A stretch of DNA of 64,000 nucleotides from Obrimoposthia wandeli (Eukaryota). Position numbers and translations under genes: made by a program. A model generated the notes under the pieces. It saw only the letters and a list, made by a program, of their open reading frames with translations, was not told the origin of the DNA and did not search any database. Positions 41,401 to 51,855 of this stretch are shown one piece after another. The stretch lies in contig CDROCS010006906.1 of assembly GCA_977020255.1 (NCBI GenBank), positions 1 to 64,000 of the forward strand, in the 5' to 3' direction. How positions within the stretch are numbered: the first letter of the stretch is position 1; each line of letters opens with the position of its first letter.

Positions 41401-44400
41401 ATAAACATGGTCTCAGGAAGAAATTATAGGGTTAAGGGTTAGTGAATGATTTGAGGGAGAAGTTGAGCGAGAAACGGAAAGAGAAGCTACGATCTCTGGG
41501 GAAGAAGATGACATAAAGAGAGGAGATAGGGATAGGGAATAAGAATATTAAAGAGGAAGAGAGATTGACAGTAAGGCGAGAAAACCAAATCCCCAGTGCT
41601 AATTAGAAGAGAATTCTTTGTCAATATTTGAATACGTGCTGGCAGAGAGTATGGTGGTTAAGCCCTGCTTAAGGACGACTTAGTTGATTTGGCAGTTAAT
41701 TGACAGTACCAAGACGCTTTAAAAATTCTCCGCTCTTCACTAGGAACATGTGCATTGCACCTAAATAACAATATTTCTGGGAAATATTTAGGGCTAACGA
41801 TGTCCATACTGATAAGAATATTATGGCTAAATCGCTACATATGGAGTCAAGTAATTCAGTGACATAGAAATTGCGAGGAAAGTCCAGAGAAAAGTAACAA
41901 AACAATAAGACAATTCTCAGGTTATAAATAAGTATGGTTAATACACAAAACAGTTGGGGATTTTTTTAGTCATATGGGAAATTCCAAAATATAGCGAACA
42001 GAAATCTTTTTAGTATTTTCTGCAATGTTAGGATGCAAATTGTTCCATATGAATTGTAACAAATCATGAGTAAAAAAAAATTTTTTATACGAATAATTAC
42101 AAAATTTCAGAGTTTAAAATTTCAATAACAAAAACAACGCTATGCAAATTATTTAAATACCCCCAAATAAAGCTAACAAACATAAATTATTCATATTTTT
42201 ACCATCTTAATGAGTACATTTCTTAAAACGTCTTGAAAAGCAAAAGTGGCGATTGTGCACATTTCCACTGAGATTCCAGTGAAATAATATCTTTCAATTC
42301 TTGAATGGTTTTGATCAATGTTGGTCAACCATTGTCTTAAGATGTCTTCAAGTCCAAGGAGACAGATCTTCTGGACCACTTCTCCCTAGCCATCGTCCAT
42401 AAAAGATCATGTCTGAAAAATCTCTTTCTGCGCCTGTGAAATGTTTAGGGGCATCCTCTTCTTGATCTAATGATCAGTCAATGTTGGAATAAAACAACTC
42501 TGTAACATGCCCAGATTGTCGGCTCCGTTGACAATAACCTAAATCACTACAAAAAGGCCTCGTTTGAAAGTAAATCATTGCTCAAGTAATCGCAAGTAAA
42601 CATACTATATATTTAATATGCGCAATTATAGTTACATTACATCAACATTCATCAACCATAGCATTCTCTAAACCGGTGTCTTCTGAATTCTTCAACATTA
42701 TTACAAATTCTTACTGCCAGTGACAAACTATTATAAACCGTACGGGCATACAGTAAACGCTGATATAACAAAATCACTTACTCAGTTCATTGAGTTTCTT
42801 TATATCGGGTTGGTATTATCATCATTTCTTCTCAAATTAGTAGAACGTGGAATTTCAATTTCATTGTCACTTCTTCTAAAGCATACACGAGTTTTTCTAA
42901 AACGTCAATTATTTTTCTTTCGTCTTTATTTTAGGTAGAATTATTTCGAATTTAAAATATTATTTAATTGCTTATTAATTGAATTGATTTAGAGATTTCT
43001 TAACAACTTTAATGGCAGTAAAACAGACATAAATTTGGGCAAAACTTCTATTCGAATACTTATTATAGGCAAGCTGGATAAAGTTTTGTACACAAAATGA
43101 CGACTAGATAAAAGAGATTGTTCGTATTTTTGTGAGATAATCTCTGAGAAAAAGCTCTACTACAAATTGTCTTGTGCTATCCCAGTAATTCAAAGATAAT
43201 AACGAAACCCAAAAAATACAATAGAAAAGACAAAATATCAATTAATTCTGTTTTGAAATCTGAAACATCTTCGTCTTGTTATCTCGACTGTTGACAGCGC
43301 TAAAGTTGGTGTAACACCAATTAATTAGTCTGACACAGTCAGAAGAAAGGTATGTGTATTTGTTGTGTATAGAACACTAGTAGCAGCAAAGATCTGAAAA
43401 CCGGCACCACTGGCAGCAATGATAGCTGAGTTTGTGAGGCTACCAAGAAGACTCTCCATGACAACACTATTGTGTAGAAATAACAACATCGCGCGTGCAT
43501 ACTGACTACTATTAGGCTGTACGTCTGTCATAAAAGAAATACCGAATGTACAGCTGTGAGCAACAAATTCCAATATCCCTGACCTTCAAACTATTCGGAT
43601 TACAGATCCCTGGAGATTATTTTCTCCATATTGGAGGAGCGGAACTTTTTAGAACCAAAACAAAACACTTGTGATGCATATTATAGCTGAATGGTCAAAT
43701 AATTTAACAACAGAACAGCGATTTTATAATCGTTCACATTCATTATAAAGCTCCCAATTCAATTATAAGAAAGACTGGTAATGTAACGAAAGTTGCGGTT
43801 TCATAATAATTCACGTTAACATTCCGTACAAATTAAAAGAAACTTTAAATGTACTTAATATAAAAATAGTTGTATTTTCAATAACTGTTGAATTCTATAA
43901 CCAAAGGAAGTTATCGAACGGGATATCACAGATCTTCATATTTAAAAAATATTCTTTAAAACATTTGTTAGGAACAATATTAAAATATTAACTTCCAAAA
44001 ATATTATCAGAGATATAAATAAATCACATTATTTAAATTCATATTAAAAATATTTCTTAAATGTTACGTCGTTATAGGTTTCACAAAATACAATGTATAA
44101 ACAATTTTTAACCAGAAAAAACGTCTTAAGTCACTTTGATGTTAAGCAAAGTTGATGTAATTTAAAAACTCTCAAAAATCACTAAGGATGGAAAAATTAA
44201 CAATAAATACTCATTAAATAATGAAAAAGTTTTTTTTTAAAATGGAGTTACACAAATAAGTGTCAAAATTTCTTTTAAAATAATGATTAGCAAAAATTTT
44301 ATAAAAGTCTGTTATTGTCACCTTCGATAAGTTCCCTTGTTAGTTCTAAACTTGTCATTTGAATTTCGTAATAAGGACCTTCTACTAAAGAAAATGTATA

Positions 44401-47400
44401 TAATTTCATATTAAATAGAGTCAAACTTCTTAAGCCAGTCAAGCCGATTTTACCGTAATTTTTAAAATATCTATTCGATAAATGAGGTCAAATAATCCAT
44501 TACAGTTGACCAGGTATTTCAAGATATGCCCGATGCTTCCTCTGGAGATGAACATGGCGACTACTAATTAGCGAACCGATGCTGCGACATATTTACAGGT
44601 GCAATAAAGCAGTCTCATCTGGTGAAAATATACTCAACCTTTCTATGAGTGATTTGGATAGATTCATTGATCTTAAATATGCACGTGGGACATTGAGCAA
44701 CACGGGACCACCTGATCGAGGCCCTTGGAATACAAAATGGAATCGTGACATTTCCCCAAATTCTGTGTTTCGTGATAAATTTGTCTCAATCTTAACTCAT
44801 TTTCGCTCTGATGGAGAGTGTATAACAAATCTATTCTGACATCTGATACATGGCCCGAAGTGCTACAAGTCACACGAATTTTGTCTGTTGACGAACTGTT
44901 GTAGCTTTATTCAATATAACTCAAACAAACCATATAAATTAATTTACTCTCATTATCTACAACACTTCTAAGTATTTATGTTTTGATTACTCATATTTAA
45001 GAAAAGATAACAGTCTTCCGATTAATGAACCATTAGCTCATTACACGGTGAAAAACTTAACTGATGATAATGTTCTCTCATCAATATCAGTTGGGAATTT
45101 TTTGAGTCAAATAAATATTTCCTACCACAGTACTTGATGGAAAAAATATTCTTCTTTATTCATCATCAAAAGTCTTTTCATCAATTCGAACTTATCTCGT
45201 CACTAACATTACGTCATATTACCATAACTGACGACAACACAATATAGCCGGGCACTCACACGCAAACCCACACACTTGCACTGTAAAGTGCAACAAATCT
45301 TCGGCATCCAATTGGCCAATTTGAAACTACTAATAAGCAATCAATTATCAACATTACTTTTTGACAAATAGCCGTGACTTACACATTCTTCCGAGTTTGG
45401 CCCTACAAGGTTAATAGGACCAGATTTATTGAAATTGTCAGCTCATTGATAAGGAATCAGCCAGTTTTTTAATAACCCTAAACAGACGCTCTTCACTGTT
45501 TAAGTTTATAAAAAAACAAAGTGTAAGTCGATTGTTTGAACAAAATTACTAGATTGTACACAACACAGCGTACTTGTAAATTCTGACCCGTATATGCTTT
45601 CTACAATGTCCTTAACATGGTGGCCATAAATATATACGCATGGATTGTATACAAGGAAACACTAAGCATCAACATCACACGGCAAAGTATCATGTTGGCT
45701 CTTTTTGAGAAATTTTGCAGATCAGGAGGCATGACAGCACATGGCAACAATTCAGGCTCCTCGTCCAATAGACTAAAGCGACGACATTTTTTGAATTAAA
45801 AATAGCTAGAATGTTTATAATGATATTTACAGATAATATATTTCTATGATAAAAATCGATTTAAAATGTAATAAAAGAAAACCAGTGAATCCGGCATTGA
45901 GGTGTTAACAAACTTTGAAATACACTGATTTTATCTAAAATAAATGAAAATTTCTTACCGAAATTATGAGGTATATCTGATAGTGACAATGTCAATGTGC
46001 CTATGATGAAATACTTACGACTTTGAGGAGGGCTTTGTCCTTTTTGATGAACTCTGTGACACAGTAGGCTAATGGGGGCTGAAAGACGGCCAGGGATTTG
46101 ACTTTGTGCAGAGGCAAGAGGACACGCCGTAGGAAGACTTTGTGTTCCTCTTTCAGAGGCACCTGGAACCCGTTTATGATGCTGCACGAGGATGATCGCG
46201 GAGTGTTGACCTTATCCAGTGCTTGTGGGTGTTGAAATGGGAGGAAGCGGATGTGTAAGGTTTTAAATGCTCTATTTAGTGAATGTGTAATAGGCAAAAT
46301 ACTGCAAATCTCAAATTAAGAAGTGTAAAAATCAACTAAAGAACAATTTGACTTGAAAGAGCTCTAAATATTCTACTAGACTGTGAATAATGTTTGATCT
46401 GATTTCTTTAGTATACTAATTACAAAGAAAGTGTTGACTGATGAATCATGATGAGCAATTAAAAATAGAGAGTTGAGAGAGAAGACAAAATTAGCCGTAT
46501 GAATTTTATTGTGGAGAAAAGGAATATGATGAGATATCAAAGATGTCAAGAAAAGACAAAGTCAGGCAGAAGACAAAAGAGATAGTGTGGATTAGTATTC
46601 CTGATAAGATATGGATGGGGGTGTTTGAAATATTGAGTACTGCATCGTTTTCCATTGACTGATCAAGNNNNNNNNNNNNNNNNNNNNNNNNNNNNNNNNN
46701 NNNNNNNNNNNNNNNNNNNNNNNNNNNNNNNNNNNNNNNNNNNNNNNNNNNNNNNNNNNNNNNNNNNNNNNNNNNNNNNNNNNNNNNNNNNNNNNNNNNN
46801 NNNNNNNNNNNNNNNNNNNNNNNNNNNNNNNNNNNNNNNNNNNNNNNNNNNNNNNNNNNNNNNNNNNNNNNNNNNNNNNNNNNNNNNNNNNNNNNNNNNA
46901 ACACTCAATATTCACCTGCCCAATATCTCCAACAATTCGTTTGTGCCCTTGAAATTCTCGTCTTCGTAGATTTGTCTAAATGCAAAGGAAAATAAAAAAA
47001 TTTAACAGATGCAAAGCCAATAACGGGACAGCACACACCTAATTATAGAGGTAGGGAGTACTCTTTCTGGAGTCTTGAAGTAGCATTATCAGCATCTAAC
47101 AACTTCCCAACAACTACGGGAGAAGGTGAGGGGAAAGTGTGGTGTCGCGAGAAAAATTGAACACAACCAAAGATAATTACATCGATTGTACTCTGAAGTT
47201 TGCATACACATAATTTCTTTAACAATAAACCAAGATAAAATAAACACAATGGGTCGCTTTGAAATTTTAACGTTGTAATCTGATGAATGGAATTATCGCA
47301 AATTCTACTCGCTGATTTTGTGGCATAAACATTGATAACCAATTATCGATTTTGTCTCACAATCGAACAGTGACAAAGTGCTCTAAATTTTAGAGCACTT

Positions 47401-50055
47401 ATAAAACTTTCATCCTTTTTTTAAATAATTTTTAAAAACTTTATTGTTTTAAATTTATTTATAAATAAATATTTTCTCAGATAAATTTTATTTTTGAACA
47501 TAATAGTTTAATAATCAAAACACAAATTGTTATTTTATTTTGGCTTTTGTTTATATATTTTACATGTTATTGTATAATGTATTGTGTAGTTAAATCCAAG
47601 ATGGTGTGAAGAACGATATATTCAAATTCTGCCGTTTTAGGGATTGTCGAATATTAAAACAAACATCCAACAACATATTGTATATTTTTTATTATATTAT
47701 GTATGTAAAATTTAATCTAAATAAAAAAATTATAAAACAATAAAATTTTTAATTAAATCAAACAGGACTAAAACTGTAAGGTCCTTTATGAGCATGGAAT
47801 CTGTGGTTTGAACTGGGTGAAGACATGAAACTGCAGCTCCGGTATCGACTAAACATTTTATATTATTTTTGGATAAATAAATATTATTTACGGAGCACCG
47901 CAAGGAATAAGGCGTTTCTGTGATGACTAGACGCCTGAAAGTTTAAATCTTGTTTCCATTGGCATTTATCTCCGTTTTCCAATACTTTGCATTTCGTAGC
48001 TCGTTCTTTAAACTTTGTGTGGTACCAACAAAACTTCGTAACTCTATCTGTATTGGGGATTATATAATTGTTATCATACTTAGACATTAATAGGAGTAAA
48101 TTATTGAACAATTTCGTACAACCGCAGTATTTATATCGCCTGGGGTTTAACTAAACTATTCGAAATTTTAATCTCAGTCGCATTGCCATACTTTTTAGCA
48201 TACCTCCTTGTCTCAAATTTTCGTTTATTAGGAATATATTTTCGGGTCATCTTTGCATCGAAATTCGAATCCATTGGAACAAAATATTACAATTTACAAC
48301 TTCTATTTATAGCGCATTAAACTCGGCCTCGTTGGTGGCAAAAATTCAATTTTCTGCTCACTGCAAGACACATAACCGCCTATAACCGGAGGCTTGGCTT
48401 AGTTAATCAATCACCCCATCCCACCATTGTCGACGCAACATAAACGCCGACAATCCCCCAAGACACCGCTCGTCTCCTCATGAATAGCTTAAGAGTACAT
48501 GAATAAACGTATCTTTCAGTCGCTAAAACCAGTCTCTGCAAATTTGATAAAGTCATCCTAACAAATTCAGAATTAACCTTAATAAAGAGGTAAATAAAGA
48601 GGATTTTGTGTAAAATTATATTTTAAATCCTCACGAAATGCTAAAATGTCTGACCGAAACAAAATTAATTAAAAATAACTAGTATATAACATGAATTGAG
48701 AATTTTACATGAGTTCGGCTTATAAACAAAAACTTAGGGTAAATTACTTTCTCTGCTATTCACACAATCGAATCAAATCAAACACTTAAAATATAGAGAT
48801 ATCCAACAATGAGACGTCCATCACGGACCATTTCTAACGACAGTCACATATACACTCACAGCAAATAACAACCGTACTCAAAATCACCCCTGAAGTGACG
48901 CCAACATAAAACTATATATCACGAATATAAAATTTATGGTTGTTTCAAATTTATATTCATTTCATCAATATTTACTCGTTATAAACCAATACAAAGCTTC
49001 GCACAACACTGGTAACTAAATAAATCTATTTTGATTATTTGTTACGTAGGTACTCTAATATATAAACATTGATTTCAAAATCATCTATTTATTCAAACAA
49101 ATTATATCCTTGGTACATGACTTTGAACTGAGAATCTTATGCACTGATTAATTTATTGAGCATTAATAATAATATTTGGAAATAAATGTATTTTATTTAA
49201 CATTATCAACAAAAATAATTTATTTAATATAGCATCAATATCTGATAACTTTATGATGTATTACTTCAAAGCGCTTTCTGTTTTCCATTATTCTTAATAA
49301 TTTCTGAATAGTAAACTCTAGGGTTGCTTTTTGAATTTTTCAGCATTTATACAGTTTTATGTATTCATCGGTAGTTTTTTGTAAAGATTTGAGGCATAAA
49401 TTTTAAATATTCTATCTGTTTGTATTTTGAACATTTCTTAATTAATATGCAGTCATCATCGTTTCTCCAAAGACTCGAGAAAATCATGTAAATATTTATG
49501 TTTTTGTGAGAGAATACATTTTTTGTTACGAAGTAGGACTTGGAATTCAATTCGGGCATTGATCGTAGCCAATAAATGATCACTTGTACAAGCACTTTTT
49601 TTAATTTGAAAATAATTCTGTTGGCTTTGTTTAACATTTTTGCAAGCGATTTAATTGATAAGCTGTAATATTAAACAATAAAGAATTTTGATAATCAAGT
49701 ATTGATGTAATGATCACGTGAAATTTCTTTGCAGTTATCTCAGTAGTTAGATATTTCTTATTAGATAAATGTTTCCAACTCACATAAACTATCCTCATTT
49801 ATTGATTTTGGTGTTACCATGTGGGACGTACCGAAAGAAGAAATAGTTGATTTGCTTGCGAATGAAGAAGCGCTGGTTGATCATCTTGCCGTAGACCCGA
49901 TGAATTATAGTTTTGAGATAGTCTCTCTCTCGAGGATCCTCGCTGTCGAAAAGATCCATGACGTAGCTTATAAAGGTATTCTCGATGTGTGGTCGAGCCA
50001 GGCTCGCATTGAACTCCGGGTGCTCAAGAAACCGCAGGAACACCTCGTACACATA
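14273..50055 (-). CDS. PPP2R5: PP2A regulatory subunit B'/B56 family gene, eight exons, 5' part missing (join complement 50055-49832, 46975-46916, 46181-46019, 35280-35107, 33015-32891, 27216-27115, 18326-18158, 14476-14273)
   Basis: All modelled introns are GT-AG and phases chain correctly (0/2/2/0/0/2/2/0). The exons sum to 1221 nt = 406 aa plus TGA. The product carries B56 hallmark motifs [50 protein letters not shown] and HWNK. Confidence 0.95.
14720..14880 (-). mobile_element. pogo-like transposase N-terminal DNA-binding remnant
   Basis: Minus frame reads [28 protein letters not shown], resembling the pogo BrkDBD pattern Y.A.FKLKVIEYAE..GNRAA.R.F.V.E. Confidence 0.55.
16304..17715 (+). 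mobile_element. Tc1/mariner-superfamily element with ~185-bp TIRs and TA TSD; dead transposase
   Basis: TA|caactagaaaatg at 16302-16304 and cattttctagttg|TA at 17715-17717. The arms align to about 16487 and 17532. An inner direct repeat of the end motif sits near 17498. Transposase remnants read [23 protein letters not shown] and [24 protein letters not shown]. Confidence 0.9.
18158..18326 (-). CDS. PPP2R5: B56 exon ([25 protein letters not shown]...KWSSPQ)
   Basis: Acceptor cttcttgtcgacag, donor gtgaat, 169 bp, phase 2 to 0. [19 protein letters not shown] aligns with the B56 C-terminal helix (EREEAW.KIE.LA..NPQY pattern). Confidence 0.85.
18765..20660 (+). mobile_element. Ginger/KRBA2-SCAND3-like integrase element remnant with long inverted arms
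   Basis: Plus-strand fragments: AHQACEHGG...CRNC (HHCC), [43 protein letters not shown], and a Cys-rich tail [19 protein letters not shown]. About 18765-19025 is a diverged reverse complement of about 20400-20660. Boundaries are approximate. Confidence 0.8.
22842..23165 (-). mobile_element. Probable non-LTR (Jockey/CR1-like) ORF2 3'-end remnant
   Basis: [17 protein letters not shown]...SLFP loosely matches the RR.VASL..FYR..HG.CS...SFFPRT..LWN tail of LINE ORF2. The match is weak. Confidence 0.35.
26690..27000 (+). mobile_element. Tc1-like transposase C-terminal remnant
   Basis: [27 protein letters not shown], then [11 protein letters not shown]...[11 protein letters not shown], match the Tc1 IFMQD and SMPRR motifs. 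Confidence 0.65.
27115..27216 (-). CDS. PPP2R5: B56 exon ([34 protein letters not shown]), absent from the ORF track in this frame
   Basis: Acceptor cttccttcag, donor gtgagt, 102 bp, phase 2 to 2. Confidence 0.94.
28600..29050 (+). mobile_element. pogo/Tigger transposase remnant
   Basis: ILDNAPVH at 28632-28655 and a downstream VIEAW; frames are disrupted. Confidence 0.5.
31060..31440 (-). mobile_element. mariner-like (maT/rosa-type) transposase remnant
   Basis: AYLKETFG...IISR..NWPARTP, then LDYLFW...[18 protein letters not shown], match WPPRSPDLTPLDFFLWG..K..VY...P.TI.ELK. Confidence 0.75.
32190..32530 (-). mobile_element. Internally deleted pogo-like remnant
   Basis: N-terminal [14 protein letters not shown] near 32500 and C-terminal [17 protein letters not shown] near 32250. 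Confidence 0.55.
32891..33015 (-). CDS. PPP2R5: B56 exon ([18 protein letters not shown]...LAKQHWN-K)
   Basis: Acceptor actcacag, donor gtgggt, 125 bp, phase 0 to 2. Confidence 0.93.
35107..35280 (-). CDS. PPP2R5: B56 exon ([30 protein letters not shown]...[10 protein letters not shown]), absent from the ORF track in this frame
   Basis: Acceptor ttcgtgtag, donor gttagt, 174 bp, phase 0 to 0. Confidence 0.95.
35400..36100 (-). mobile_element. Probable L2/CR1 LINE remnant
   Basis: [13 protein letters not shown] resembles the L.LN..KT.LL.F motif after the RT domain. The sequence is highly decayed. Confidence 0.35.
40500..40700 (+). mobile_element. L2/CR1 LINE 3'-end remnant, same family as 51650-51855
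   Basis: It shares gaatatttgaa.ttta.gctccgaatctttaca and the downstream tail with the copy near 51690, which reads APNLYNKLP...EKFKKQLK. Confidence 0.6.
42190..42560 (-). mobile_element. mariner-like (maT/rosa-type) transposase remnant
   Basis: [16 protein letters not shown] and [16 protein letters not shown] match GRWIGRGGP..WPPRSPDLTP with a deletion. Confidence 0.65.
44560..45414 (+). mobile_element. piggyBac-like transposase remnant
   Basis: [13 protein letters not shown]...WNTKWNRDI...[15 protein letters not shown] and LSVDELL (~44880) match piggyBac motifs. The right end reads ...ctacaagg|TTAA at 45411-45414. Confidence 0.7.
46019..46181 (-). CDS. PPP2R5: B56 exon ([30 protein letters not shown]...KDKALLKV)
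   Basis: Acceptor ctcgtgcag, donor gtaagt, 163 bp, phase 2 to 0. Confidence 0.95.
46668..46899. other. Assembly gap (232 N)
   Basis: Run of N. The four ORF-track entries spanning it are artefacts. Confidence 1.
46916..46975 (-). CDS. PPP2R5: B56 60-bp exon ([20 protein letters not shown]), absent from the ORF track
   Basis: Acceptor tttgcatttag, donor gtgaat, phase 2 to 2. It lies 16 bp from the N gap. Confidence 0.93.
47043..47342 (-). mobile_element. CR1/L2 LINE 3'-end remnant
   Basis: FFSR...PSPVVV...NATSRL resembles FFS.RVV..WN.LP..VV.A....FK.RL. Confidence 0.45.
47800..48400 (-). mobile_element. Ty3/Gypsy gag-protease remnant
   Basis: [15 protein letters not shown] matches the CWYH..FG..A.KC gag motif. 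It is followed by [12 protein letters not shown] (aspartic protease DTGA) at about 47820-47858. Confidence 0.8.
48602..49101 (+). repeat. Left arm of ~500-bp inverted repeat pair flanking a B56 exon
   Basis: Reverse complement of 50389-51205 once the MITE is removed. For example, aaccgtactcaaaatcacccctgaa.tgacgccaacataaaactatatatcacgaatataa matches its mirror at about 50575-50640. The core is roughly 85-90% identical by eye. Confidence 0.93.
49832..50055 (-). CDS. PPP2R5: B56 exon ([11 protein letters not shown]...[21 protein letters not shown]...[10 protein letters not shown])
   Basis: Acceptor ttgtgcag, donor gtacgt, 224 bp, phase 0 to 2. Confidence 0.95.
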
Positions 50056-50388
50056 CTGCACAAGAACAATCCTCAATATCAGAGAAGAGATATGTAAAAT
50101 ATAGTTAAACTAAATGAGGGAAAAAGGGAAACAAAAAAGTTTTCATAAATTTTAAAATGTATCAACCATATTTGTTTGTAAGAAAATCCAACTTCTAATT
50201 TTTAGCAGATTTTATGCATATCACTTTCAACATTCTTTATACAGTATTATTTTGAGTCTGGAAACTTTTTAAATGATTATAATTTATAAACGACAAAATA
50301 TTTATTTCTAAATATTATTAATAATGCTCAATAACTATTCAGCGCATGGAATAATTGGTTCAACGTCATAGAAAAATAAAGTAGTTAC

Positions 50389-51205
50389 TTTGTTTGAATA
50401 ATAAGATCATTTTGAAATCAATGTTTTTTATAATAAAGTACCTACGTAACAAAAAATCAAATATATATTTATTTATCTACCAGTTTTGTGCGAAACTTTG
50501 TGTTGATTCATAACTTGAGTAAATATTGATCTTTTTCATCGATAAATGTGAATATAAATTTGAAACAACCATAAATATTATATTCGTGATATATAGTTTT
50601 ATGTTGGCGTCATTTCAGGGGTGATTTTGAGTACGGTTGTTATTTGCTGAGAGTGTATATGTAATTGTGTCGATAGAAATGGTCCTTGATGGACGTCTAA
50701 TTGTTGGATATCTCTATATTTTAAGTGTCTGATTTGATTCTATTATGTGAATAGATGAGAAAGTAATTTACCCTAATTTTTTATTTATAAACCGAACTCA
50801 TGTAAAATTTGCAGATCAAATATCATGGTATCATAGACCAGGAGTTCCCAAACATTTTACCGCGGAACCTTTGGTATTATTTAAAAAATATTGGAAGCCC
50901 TACCTATTTAAAAATACTTAAAATCATAAAGTGAAAAATGAATAAAAAATTTAAAGTTAAACTAATGAAGAATTTATTAAGTAGTTATAGTGGGCCTATG
51001 CCCTGGTAAGTAGAGGCGAGTAGCGTTAATGCCAATTTAGTAAATTTATTTTTATTAAATGTCGGCTTGAGAAACCCCTGATTTTGTCTACGGAATCTTC
51101 TTTGGAAACTCCTGCCATAGACTAATTATTTACAATGAAATATGGTTAGGTCAGATATTTTAGCATGTCATGTGAGGATTTGAAAATATTATTTTACACT
51201 AAATC
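50389..51205 (-). repeat. Right arm of the inverted repeat pair, interrupted by a hAT MITE
   Basis: Mirror alignment to 48602-49101 holds on both sides of the 50839-51114 insertion. Confidence 0.9.
50839..51114. mobile_element. hAT-family MITE, 276 bp
   Basis: TIRs caggagttcccaaac and tttggaaactcctg, with an 8-bp TSD tcatagac (50831-50838) / ccatagac (51115-51122). Confidence 0.9.
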
Positions 51206-51649
51206 TGGACGTGTAACAAAACTATCAATCCCAGCAATTAGATGAACAATGATGAGCAAGCAGTCAATGTGATTGAAAATTATGATAAACGATAACCAGC
51301 TCACTGGACATGATTTCTCTTTATTTTGCCTTAATTAAGCATAATATATTGCCCACATGTTCATCAAATAAATCGATATTTCTCCCAAAAGTCCTATGTG
51401 GAAAACGTTAAATTTGTTTGTGTTTTAGCAGAGTTCAACACATGACAGTTTCAGCCACTGAAAGTGAATAAAACATAACTTGTTACAGCGATTTGACTAC
51501 CGATAAATGCTATAATTGAATTCAAGATTTTACTTATTTTCTAAAAAGGTAATCTCTCACAAAACCCCAAATCTTTATTTGATTATTTCGTGTCTGATGC
51601 AGAGAGCATGTATATGAATCTTAGGAGCAACGATGATGACAGCAGATTA

Positions 51650-51855
51650 ATTAAGAAATGATAAAATAACAAACAGAGTAATAGAATATTTGAAGTTTAC
51701 GCTCCGAATCTTTACAACAAACTACCGAAGAGACTGTAATAATATAGAAAAATTCAAAAAGCAACTGAAAAGTTTACAAATCAAAAAATATTAAGAAGAG
51801 AAATGGAAAATATAGAACGCGTTTTAGTAACAAATCATGGATACATTAGATATTA
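51650..51855 (+). mobile_element. L2/CR1 LINE 3'-end remnant
   Basis: APNLYNKLPKRL and, after a frameshift, IEKFKKQLK. Confidence 0.6.

Noticed and set aside
46506-46969. Four ORFs of 81-132 aa
   Set aside because: They are open only because they cross the 232-N gap.
49819-50097. Plus-strand 92-aa ORF (also 35126-35332 and 27031-27234)
   Set aside because: Antisense shadows of B56 exons.
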